DNA of 32,000 nucleotides from Wolbachia endosymbiont of Cimex lectularius (GTDB lineage Bacteria; Pseudomonadota; Alphaproteobacteria; Rickettsiales; Anaplasmataceae): NCBI RefSeq assembly GCF_000829315.1, contig NZ_AP013028.1, positions 330,001 to 362,000 of the forward strand, read 5' to 3'. Shown piece by piece: positions 9,123 to 19,001 of this stretch (position 1 is its first letter; each line of letters starts with the position of its first letter). The notes under the pieces were generated by a model. It saw only the letters and a program-made list of their open reading frames with translations, ran no database searches and was not told where the DNA came from. The position numbers and the translations under genes were made by a program.

Positions 9123-11771
9123 TTATCTAACACATTTAGGTTTGACGCTAAATTGTGCCGCTACTAACTTTGCAATTGGTACTCTATAGGGTGAGCATGA
9201 GACATAATCAACCCCTGATTTGATGAGAAACTCTATAGATTTTGGATCTGCTCCATGCTCTCCACATATACCAAGTTTTATTTTTTTTCGGGTTTTCCTG
9301 CCTCTTTCGATAGCTATCTTGATTAACTCCCCTACCCCTTCGATATCCAGCACCTCAAATGGATCGTTTTCGAGTATGTTGTTTTCTTTATAGGAATCAA
9401 GAAAATTAACTGAATCATCTCTTGAGAGTCCCATGGTTGTTTGCGTTAAATCATTGGTACCAAAACTGAAAAATTCTGCGTGTTTTGCTAATTTATCGGC
9501 AATCAGTGCTGCCCGTGGCAGTTCTATCATTGTTCCAATTGAATAAGCCTTGTCTGATGTCATTCCAGATGAGATGACAGAGGACTCTTTCTTTATTAAC
9601 TCGCATATCAAAACAAATTCTTTCTCATCCATGATAAGAGGGATCATAATTTCAGGCTTAATTTCTGCCTTTTTTTCTTTTCTTAGCTCATCTGCGGCGC
9701 TGAGTATTGCTCTAATCTGCATGCTATATATTTCAGGATGAGAAATGGCAAGCCTACAGCCTCGGTGACCAAGCATTGGATTTTTCTCCGATAATTGTGC
9801 TATTTTATTTTTTACTGATTCAATTGGCTTATTGAGTGACTTAGCGATTTTTTCTATGGTGGACTGATTGTCTGGTAAAAACTCATGCAGAGGTGGATCA
9901 AGCAAACGTATGGTAACCTCCCTGCCCTCCATAACAGAAAATATTTCTTTGAAATCAGACTTTTGCATTTGCTCTAATTTGCTCAGTGCACTCGCTCTTT
10001 CGATCTTGTCATCAGCTATTATCAATTTTTGAATGAACTCAATCCTGTCACTAGCAAAAAACATATGTTCTGTGCGACATAATCCTATGCCTTCTGCACC
10101 AAACTCTTTAGCGATCTTTGCATCTTTTGGAGTATCAGCATTTGCTCTCACCTTGATCGTTTTAATTTCATCTATCCAGTTGATTATCGTTTTGAATTCT
10201 TGCGATAACTCAGGCGAAATTGTAGGAAGAATACCCAGCATTACCTCACCTGTTCCTCCATTGATGGTAATTGGTTCTCCCTTATTTACTTTTGTATCTC
10301 CTACAGAAAAGAAATTCCCATCTTTATCGATATAAAGTCCACTCACACTGCAAATGCACGGCTTACCCATTCCACGGGTTACAACAGCAGCATGTGAAGT
10401 CATTCCTCCTCGTGCCGTTATTATACCGCTTGCAGCATTCATCCCATTAATATCCTCAGGACTCGTCTCTGATCTTACTAAAATTACTTTTTTACCCTGC
10501 TCTGCAGCTTTTTCTGCATCATTTGCGCTGAACACCACATATCCAGAAGCCACACCTGGAGAAGCCGGTAGCCCCTTCCCTATTACTTTTTGATCACCCT
10601 TAACTTCAAGCACTGGATGCAATAAACCATCAAAAGTTTTTGGATCAATCCTTAGTATTCCTTCTTCTTTTGTAATTGTTCCTTCGTTTACCATATCAAC
10701 TATTATGCGTACAGTAGCCTCGGCTGTACGTTTACCGGACCTAGTTTGCAAAATCCACAACTTGCCGTTCTGCACGGTAAATTCTATATCTTGCATGTCT
10801 CTATAGTGCCTTTCAAGCTTTTCACATACATCGCACAACTCTTGGTACACGCTTGGCATCAATTTTTCCATGGTATTTTCTTGCTTCCCGTCAACTGGCA
10901 TAGGGGTGTAAATACCGGAGACCACATCCTCGCCTTGAGCATTGACCAAAAATTCACCAAAACACTTTTTCTCCCCAGTTGCGGGATTGCGCGTAAATAT
11001 CACACCGGTTGCAGAATTGTTGTTCAGATTACCAAAAACCATTGCTTGTACATTAACTGCAGTTCCAAGGGTTTCAGGAATGTTATTTATTTTTCTATAG
11101 GAAACAGCCCTGTCATTCTGCCAAGAAGCAAACACCGCATTTACCGAGCTGAGCAATTGTTCTTCAACGTTCTGCGGAAAATGTTTTGCAGTTTTTTCAT
11201 GTACTATCTTTTTGAAATCGTCAACGATCTTTCTTAAGACATCAACATCAAGATCAGCTAAACTTTTTGCTCCATTTTTTTGTTGTTCATTATCAATAAC
11301 GCTTTGAAACAGGTGATGGTCAAGCTGCAGCACAACGTTGGAATACATCGTAATAAAACGGCAGTAGCTATCATAGGCAAAACGTTCTCCACTTTTTTTT
11401 GCAAGCCCAACAACTGTTGCATCGTTTAAGCCAACATTTAGGATTGTATCGAGCATACCCGGCATTGAGCTCACACTACCAGAGCGTATCGAAACCAGTA
11501 AGGGATTATTTGAATCCCCGAATCTACAACCGATATCATTTTCAAGCATCGCCAGGTATTTTTTGATTTCGTTACGCAGATCGTCAGGCAATCTATTACT
11601 CTGGTGATAGTTCTTGCAAACAGAAGTGGAGATTGTAAAACCAGGTGGAACGGGAATACCAACGTTGCACATTTCCGCTAAATTTGCCCCCTTTCCTCCC
11701 AGCAAATTTTTCATTTCTGCATTGCCTTCACACTTGCTTTGGCTAAAGTAATATATCAACTTTTCTTCCAT
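9123..11771 (-). CDS. ppdK: Pyruvate, phosphate dikinase
   Basis: 882 aa, GGKGANLAEMCNVGIPVPPGFTIST, GIITARGGMTSHAAVVTRGMGKPCICSV, C-terminal KIKLGICGEHGADPKSIEFLIKSGVDYVSCSPYRVPIAKLVAAQ. Confidence 0.97.
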   Translation of the reverse strand: MEEKLIYYFSQSKCEGNAEMKNLLGGKGANLAEMCNVGIPVPPGFTISTSVCKNYHQSNRLPDDLRNEIKKYLAMLENDIGCRFGDSNNPLLVSIRSGSVSSMPGMLDTILNVGLNDATVVGLAKKSGERFAYDSYCRFITMYSNVVLQLDHHLFQSVIDNEQQKNGAKSLADLDVDVLRKIVDDFKKIVHEKTAKHFPQNVEEQLLSSVNAVFASWQNDRAVSYRKINNIPETLGTAVNVQAMVFGNLNNNSATGVIFTRNPATGEKKCFGEFLVNAQGEDVVSGIYTPMPVDGKQENTMEKLMPSVYQELCDVCEKLERHYRDMQDIEFTVQNGKLWILQTRSGKRTAEATVRIIVDMVNEGTITKEEGILRIDPKTFDGLLHPVLEVKGDQKVIGKGLPASPGVASGYVVFSANDAEKAAEQGKKVILVRSETSPEDINGMNAASGIITARGGMTSHAAVVTRGMGKPCICSVSGLYIDKDGNFFSVGDTKVNKGEPITINGGTGEVMLGILPTISPELSQEFKTIINWIDEIKTIKVRANADTPKDAKIAKEFGAEGIGLCRTEHMFFASDRIEFIQKLIIADDKIERASALSKLEQMQKSDFKEIFSVMEGREVTIRLLDPPLHEFLPDNQSTIEKIAKSLNKPIESVKNKIAQLSEKNPMLGHRGCRLAISHPEIYSMQIRAILSAADELRKEKKAEIKPEIMIPLIMDEKEFVLICELIKKESSVISSGMTSDKAYSIGTMIELPRAALIADKLAKHAEFFSFGTNDLTQTTMGLSRDDSVNFLDSYKENNILENDPFEVLDIEGVGELIKIAIERGRKTRKKIKLGICGEHGADPKSIEFLIKSGVDYVSCSPYRVPIAKLVAAQFSVKPKCVR

Positions 11772-11936
11772 TGTTTTTCCGGATTTCCACTAATAAACAC
11801 ATTATACGTATGATTCCAACAGGACTTGAAACCATAGGGTAATAAATTTTGCAAAATTTGGCAACAGCGGATAATAAGTAAAATTAAGTGATAAATGATC
11901 TTATAATAACTGGAAAGCTCTTCAATAAGTCTAATG

Positions 11937-13072
11937 TTATTTCAACGATAGCTTTTCCATTGCTACCTGGCCTACTTTCACCTCTTCCAGTTTGCTGCTT
12001 GACTTTCGTTCATGATATAACTTCTTCCCTTTTGTCCAGGATAAATCACTGTTTGCTGAACTAATAGTATAGTTACCATTGTTTTGTCCAAAGGCAAACA
12101 ACTCCCCTTTATTTGCTTCCTCACCAATTAACCCCTCTTGGACTGCCTTTCGAGTTGCTACATAACCTAAATTGAAACCTATGTCAGAAGAATTAAGATA
12201 TTGAAAAATGTGTTCATCGTATAATGCTGCTATTCCTCTATTTTCAAGATCTTTAACGTATCCGCTTACATCTTCTTTATCTGTTTTCATCGCTTTCTCA
12301 ACTGCTGCTATTTGCTCCTTTGTGGTTTCTTTCTTCTCCCTCAGCTTCGCAAGTTCTTTATGCCATAGTTCATCCATTAACAGAGGTAGGCGTTTTTTTA
12401 TCTCGCTGCACATCTCTTTTTGACTTAATATTTTATCTTTATATCCAGACAAAATATCAACTGCTACACTTGAATCACTTATTGCAATTAAGTCATTGTT
12501 TAAGAATGTGTGAGCAATTTTTCCACTATCGTCTTGAAATACTTCAACACACCCTAACAATATTTTTTCAGGAATTGTTATATCTTTTCCTATATGACCA
12601 TCAACGACACTCAAAGAATCAAAGTCTATATATATTCCACCTTGTGTTTTGTAAACTGCTTTAAGAGTGCTAGAGCAATTAATCTAAAGGTATCTATTTC
12701 AATGGCAAAGTATGTTCTCTGTTTATCTGTCATATTATACATATTCTCAAAGAAATTCTTAATACTAATATCTTTGCCATCTATCTTCCATCCTTTATCT
12801 ATCTCATTCCAATTATATCGGTGTAAATCTACAACATACACTCCTTCAACCTCTTCTAGTTCACTTTTTAAATCATCTATTTGATTCTGCTTGAACCCTG
12901 GGCCATTTATAACCAAATATATGTCCCTCTCTTCTTTATTTTTTAATTTATGATTTTTGACTATATCTAAATAATTAAGGGAACTGTTTTTACCATCTGG
13001 TAAAGATGCACCATGTACTCTCGGTACCCACGTTAGTATTATTGGTGCTTCATTTGATAACTTTTGTATCAT
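11937..13072 (-). pseudogene. Putative TcdA/TcdB-type (DXD-motif) glycosyltransferase, split by a frameshift into 12626..13072 and 11937..12614
   Basis: Joining the two frames near 12660 gives TYFAIEIDTFRLIALALLKAVYKTQGGIYIDFDSLSVVDGHIGKD. This is the R(x)n-L-GGxYxDxD acceptor/metal-binding signature of GT-A sugar-binding DXD enzymes. The upstream fragment starts APIILTWVPRVHG, similar in layout to the N-terminal I-W-x-G strand. Confidence 0.6.
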
Positions 13073-13154
13073 TAGTCATTATTTCTCTCTAACTAATTTA
13101 CTATACCGATAGTATAATAAATTTTCTAATGAAATAAAAATAAAATGTTTAATT

Positions 13155-16100
13155 CTAAGTAGCTTTCAAGAGTTTAAATATTCCCACCTCCACATTACCC
13201 AACGAACCACCATAAGTGACTGCTTTTAGGTAAAACTTTTTTCCCCTTTGCACTTCGAAAGAAATTATTGAATTATCAAGCAGAACAAGTTTTTCACCTA
13301 CGGTGTGCTTGTACTCTTTAGTGCCTTCTTGCCCTCTAATTAGGTCGCTAAGCTTATATTTATTTTTATCTATAATCTCAGCACTCTGGAATTTTATTAC
13401 TTCTTTTCCAACTAGTGCTAACGCAACTGGGCTCATAACCGACAGCTTACCAAAACGCAGCACTACTATAATTCCCCCATTTGTAAATTCCATTACATAT
13501 CCGTAAGTGGACTGCTTGTTTGTGCTTGCGATAGGCTTATAATCTTTATCATCATACGAAATAAAAAGCGTTGCTCCTTTCCAATCCTCTTCTTCATCAG
13601 CTAAAGTAAAGCTTGCAAATTACCTTTAACATGCGGTAAATCAATCATTTCAACGACAGTTTTACTGATGTGAGAAGCAGGGTGTTCTTTAAGCATAAGC
13701 GACCTCATTGAAGGAAAAGAAAGTTTATATATAGAGCAGTCATAACCAACCCCAATTATTTGAATAGACATGCTTGCAAATTTTGTTTTTATAATTCTCA
13801 TCGTATGCTTTTTCTCGCCATCTGAAATTGTTATGACATCGCTTGGCGCAAGCCACGCATATTTTATCGGCAGCTTAAAATTGTATATATTTCTCTCTTG
13901 CCACGAAGAATAAAGTAAAATTTCAGCTATATTTTGCGCCTCCCCCTCCTCCATGATTAGCGGTATTTCAACCGTTGCAGCATTGCCCTGCTTTGGCAGC
14001 TCAGCATATTTCACGTCAATTGGATAACCAAAATTGCGGTTAAAATAAACAACGTTGACCTTATTGTTCAAATCTAGCTGACTGGCACTCACAAGTTGTA
14101 TTGGCTTTGAGATGTGATTAAAAACAATTTCACCAAATGGTATTTCAGTTGTAACTCCCCTGCCCTTTTGAGCAAATTCTAGCTTAGAATCCCGCTCAAC
14201 AACATCAAAAAAATAGCAGCTCTGTAGCATTTTAATAATTGAACGTATCGACTGTTGATCGTTTATTACATACCCAGACAACAATCCTTTAACGTCGCTT
14301 GTGTCAAACTGATCGCTTTTTAAACCTGCCTTTCGCAATAGATCAGATAAAACATCAGAAACATTAAGCCGTGAAATTTTTCCCTCAATCCAATGTCCTG
14401 TTTGCCAATTATGGCAGTCAGCCCACATATCACACAAATTGGGAAAATAAGGAAATGGCCTTGCATCCCATGCCCAGAGAAACATTTTCTCCACCATTTC
14501 TGAATTTTGCCACTTCCTTAGCGTTCCTTCGATTGCAATTTTCTGCGCAAGAAAGCTCACTTCTCCGTTTGAATATCGCGGATATTTGCTCTCTATGCTG
14601 TTTTTATCAACAAACACATTAGGCTTATTAGTGCAGCCGTTCATGCTGGGAAATCCATACTCAGTCAACCATATTTTTTTCATCTTTGGTTGCCATTTTG
14701 TTTTGCTGCCATCAGGATTTACGTGAGCTTCACTCCACCATTTTTCTATGTTTTTCCATGCATATCTACTGTCGTTATACTCTACCTTCTCAGGGACGCT
14801 TTTTGAGTAATCGTAAAAATAATCATACCCAACCCCACTGCTCCAACCATCGATTATATCTTCCGCGAAATAGCCAAAAGGAGGCTCTGGGACATCAGTG
14901 AGCGGGAAATAAGCATCTATGCCAACAACGTCGATGTACTGCGAAGACCAAAGTTCATCCATGTTATACCAACCATCATATGAATGATATTCGCTCCAGT
15001 CGGCAGCATAAGTTACGGTTACCTCCTTCCAAAGCTGAAGTTTTATCTGCTTTGCAAGCCTGACTAGCTCCATAACTGCAGGATAATTGCCTTTTGCATC
15101 TTTTACTCTGGTAAGTTGTGCAAATTCAGACCCGATGATAAATCCTTCCACTTTAGTCTGTTTAACAATGTTCGCGTAATGTTCTATGAATTTGTTATAC
15201 TGATACTTAAAAAAATCACTTATATCTTCAGGAGTCCCGCTCAATTTTCCTCGCCACTCTTTGTTTTCTGTGTCAAGCAAGGGCATTGGATAGAGCATCA
15301 CCTTATAACCTCTGCTGTGTAGTTCTTCTATATATCTTATTAGCGCTACATCACTAACTGTGCCGCCATATCTTGGATTGCCATTATCATCTTTTGAAAT
15401 TAGCTGAGCATTACCTCTGGTAATACTTCCCACTTGCCAATCATTGGGTAATATCGCGGAATCGTCTTGAAACTCAACTGCAGGGTATATTTTACAATCC
15501 TTAATATTCAGATTATTCATAAACCAATTAACCACTACCGACGCCCACTCAACATTTGGCAAACTTTCTTTTAATTGGTCCAAAGAAAGCATCGCATCAC
15601 TCTTTTTAGTGTGATTATTGTGATTTACCCTTTGTGCCAGTCCATATGGGATATATTGGCTACTGCTTATTCTTTCTCGCGCAATTTTCTTCTGTATTTT
15701 CGTATCATACACAAACTCCCCTGAACCTGGTATGATATTGATATTCCGAATATTCTCTGCTACTGAAAATCCACTGGACTTTAGTGCAGTTTGCACCTCG
15801 AATGTAAATACCGGAACGCGATTGTTATAGTCCGCTAGAGGAAAATTCTTGATGACTATATAAGATATTCCTCTGTAAGCTGGCACATTTCCCTCGCCTT
15901 CGATTGATGACATAAATGGATCAGGATTTTGGTCCTCTGTACCGCGGTAAAAAGTATAATCTATTTCATCAAAACTAAGTGACGTTGTATCCGCCCAGAT
16001 TCTATTTAATTTTTCCACTTCTCCTTTGCAGATTGCAATTGTAAGCGTTGCATAGTAGTTATACTCAGTATTCATACCTCTTCCGGTTTTATTTTTGGTG

Positions 16101-16390
16101 GTCATTACTTCCTCTTTGATCGGCTGTGCCCAAATAATATTTCCTGCAACTCGGGCAGTGCCATAGATAATTGGAATTGTTCTGCCGTAGGTTGAGGTTT
16201 GAATTTGCAGATTTTTCAGCCTTGCCCCATGTGTTATCTTTTGCTCAACATCCAAACCAAAAATTGCATTATCGAGCTGTGCACCAAGAAGAGCACCGAG
16301 TTCTGAACCGATAATCCGGCCAATTGGACCAAAAATACTGCCAGCTTGACCTAAAATTGATGATAAAATTATTGTAGACATATAATCCTC
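13155..16390 (-). pseudogene. GTA-type TIM-barrel-like / phage host-specificity tail protein, frameshifted near 13615
   Basis: The 13601..16489 ORF contains MSTIILSSILGQAGSIFGPIGRIIGSELGALLGAQLDNAIFG...TSTYGRTIPIIYGTARVAGNIIWA and a glycoside-hydrolase-like block (DVVGIDAYFPLTD, KKIWLTEYGFPSMNGCTNKPNVF). Frame-shifted continuation ASFTLADEEEDWKGATLFISYDDKDYKPIASTNKQSTYGYV joins to MEFTNGGIIVVLRFG...YKLSDLIRGQEGTKEYKHTVGEKLVLLD (13155..13493). The real start is probably the internal MSTII Met, so the end coordinate is approximate. Confidence 0.8.
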
Positions 16391-16560
16391 CTTTTTGATG
16401 GATTTTTTTGAAATTGTTGAGCCCAGTGTCACACACATGAACATTGCAGTACCAAAGTCATGAAAGTAACCTAATGATGTTATCCCCACATGATGTCACC
16501 CAGTACTCCGACACCCAGCTGTACGAACATTGCAATTAGCAGGTAATTTGCGTAACAGAC

Positions 16561-17062
16561 GGTGTCATCCCAGTGCTACGACACTGGGATCCAGCCTTTC
16601 CATAATCATCAAAACGTCGTATTTTAACATAAAATAGCTACTTTTATACTCACCAACTTAATAAAATTCCTGGATGCCAGTGTCAAGCACTGGTATGACG
16701 CCCTAGTGGTAGGCTCAAATCACAATGTTCGTACAGTTGTGTGCTACGACACTGGGATCCAGGATACTACTTTAGTAATAAATATTTAAAAAATTTACCA
16801 AGCGAAAAAAAGGCAAAGAAATCCCGAGTGGCGAGTTTTGACGCTATAATAATTTACTGACGCTTAGTTCAAGCGTGATTTGGCTGAATGTAGAAAAAAT
16901 GAAAAAGAAATGCAGCCGCTATAATTTGATACAATCCGCCAAAAAATACCCTGAGCTTTTTACTGAATTTTGTCATTGAGCCTGCAGATCAAAAACAAGT
17001 TTTGAGTCAGAAATACCCTCATTATTATGATAACGAAGTTGAAAGAATTTGTCAAGCAAATT
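16561..17062. repeat. Dispersed intergenic repeat, copy C (diverged/partial)
   Basis: Shares GGGATCCAGCCTTTCCATAATCATCAAAACGTCGTATTTTAACAT and the GAAAAAAAGGCAAAGAAATCCC module with 21690-22335 and 29135-29830. Ends in a TTTTGTCATTGAGCCTGCAGAT / GAATTTGTCAAGCAAAT-like tail. Confidence 0.75.
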
Positions 17063-17077
17063 TTGCATTTAATCTGT

Positions 17078-18838
17078 CTATTTTTGAATAAACTCCATTT
17101 GCATTTCCTGTATACTATCCTCTATTTGCCTTATTTGCTCTATTAGCCTTTCCTCTAAGTCAAAATTACCGCCCAGCCTTGCTTTGATTTTTTCTTCTTG
17201 TAACACGTTTAATTCTTTCCGTAACACCACGTTATTCCACACAATTTCTGCTGATCTCCTCTCGTTTAATTGGCTATTTAATACACTAGTTTTTTCAAAT
17301 ATAAACTTTACAGTTTCAGCACCACTAGACTGCTCAAATTCTCGTAATAAAGCCTCCCTGTTGAGTTCTCTTTCATTATTCGCCGCATCAATTATGTGCT
17401 GTTGTAATTTTTTCATCTTGGCATTGGTAAACTCAAAATGAGAAAATCGCTCAAAAAATATAGGATGGTGTAAGATTTCGGGAAATTCTATTACTATACG
17501 CAGAATTATGGCTTGATTTTGCTCTGCTTCAATCAGCTCTGGAGATTTGCTGCGTAGATATTCACCTTTTGTTGCTCTAATTTTACTGTTAAAAATCTGC
17601 TTTTTGAAGCTTCTTCTTAGTTCACTGGCCTTATTGTAAAAATAATCTCTATAATACCTTCTAATACTGCTGTTACCAATAGCATTGACATATTCCATGA
17701 ACTTGTGCTCAAGAACTGAATATTTTTCTGGAGCAAGGTTTTCGTAGCTTTGCAGGCTACTATTGACTATGTGATGCCATAAATATTCAGAATGCAGTTC
17801 TGTTGAACGATCAAGCGCAGAAAGTACGTCTTCTTTCTTATATTCTAGCTCATTGCATATATCGTATGGGTCTTTATCGCTCGGCAAAGTCACAAACTTT
17901 AATGTGTATCCAGGCTCCAATATTGGCAGAGCAAATTCCGCAACTCTGGTAGTGGCGCAACGTCCAGCACTATCGCCATCCATACAGATGGAGATTTCTT
18001 TAGCAAATCTCCACAGATTTTTTATCTGCTCTGCAGAAATTGCAGTGCCAAGCGGGGCAACTGTATTGCTAATTCCCGCCTGATGTAGTGCTATTACATC
18101 CATATACCCTTCAACAACAAATATGTGTTGTTTTTTGCGTATTTCGCTTAAGGCAAGGTTTAGCCCGTATAAATTCTCCCTCTTTTTGAAGAGCTGACTC
18201 TCTGGGCTGTTTAAATACTTCGGCTGTTGCTCAGAGCTCAGCGCACGTCCGCCAAAACCAATAACTTTGCCCGTGATGTTGTGTATAGGAAATATCAGCC
18301 GATCATAAAAATAATCACGAGAATTCTTGTTTATTAACCCAATATCAGTCAAAATTTTGTCTTCAATACCGGAAGAGTTTAAATATTCCTTCAAGCCAGA
18401 GTTTGGCGCATAACCTATCTTAAATTTATCTATGATTTCAGGCGAAATCTTGCGTTGCTTTAAATAGTCTATAACACCTTGATTTTTTTGTACAAACCAG
18501 TTTGCAGCTAAATTCAGCGTTGAAAACAATTTGTCACTTTCTTTGGTAATATTGAGGTTTTTAGGTAACTCAACACCTGCAACTGATGCTAGCCTTTCCA
18601 ATGCTTCTTTAAAGCTTAAGCCCTCAGTTTGTGAGATAAACTCAAACACATCACCATGAGCAGAGCAGCCAAAACAGTGATACGAGCCCCTAATATTACT
18701 TACAAAAAAAGACGGTGTTTTTTCATTATGAAATGGACAAAGTCCCACGAAATTATCTCCGCTTTTTGTCAGCCTGACTTTCTTACCTACTATGTCAGAT
18801 AGTAACAGTCTTGATTTTATAATATCTATGTAATCCAT
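17078..18838 (-). CDS. dnaG: DNA primase
   Basis: N-terminal zinc-binding FVGLCPFHNEKTPSFFVSNIRGSYHCFGCSAHGDVFEF; TOPRIM region FVVEGYMDVIALHQAGISNTVAPLGTA and EISICMDGDSAG. Confidence 0.97.
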   Translation of the reverse strand: MDYIDIIKSRLLLSDIVGKKVRLTKSGDNFVGLCPFHNEKTPSFFVSNIRGSYHCFGCSAHGDVFEFISQTEGLSFKEALERLASVAGVELPKNLNITKESDKLFSTLNLAANWFVQKNQGVIDYLKQRKISPEIIDKFKIGYAPNSGLKEYLNSSGIEDKILTDIGLINKNSRDYFYDRLIFPIHNITGKVIGFGGRALSSEQQPKYLNSPESQLFKKRENLYGLNLALSEIRKKQHIFVVEGYMDVIALHQAGISNTVAPLGTAISAEQIKNLWRFAKEISICMDGDSAGRCATTRVAEFALPILEPGYTLKFVTLPSDKDPYDICNELEYKKEDVLSALDRSTELHSEYLWHHIVNSSLQSYENLAPEKYSVLEHKFMEYVNAIGNSSIRRYYRDYFYNKASELRRSFKKQIFNSKIRATKGEYLRSKSPELIEAEQNQAIILRIVIEFPEILHHPIFFERFSHFEFTNAKMKKLQQHIIDAANNERELNREALLREFEQSSGAETVKFIFEKTSVLNSQLNERRSAEIVWNNVVLRKELNVLQEEKIKARLGGNFDLEERLIEQIRQIEDSIQEMQMEFIQK

Positions 18839-19001
18839 CTTACTTGTCGAATGAGTGGTAGGATAAAAATTATACAGAATTTATGCTGCCCTGACTCGAA
18901 ATTTATTTCAAGCTTCAGAGCTTCCAAAAGGTCAGGAGGGCTTGACAAAAAACCCAAAATAAATTATCCATGTTAGATGCCTTTAAGTCATAGTTTCTTA
19001 T

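Noticed and set aside
10746-11237. 163 aa plus-strand ORF and other plus ORFs at 9550-11237
   Set aside because: All lie antisense within ppdK; composition is consistent with reverse-strand artefacts.
16490-17077. Considered a CRISPR array because of repeated short motifs
   Set aside because: Repeats are few, unevenly spaced and palindromic/dispersed, with no regular spacers and no cas genes in the window.
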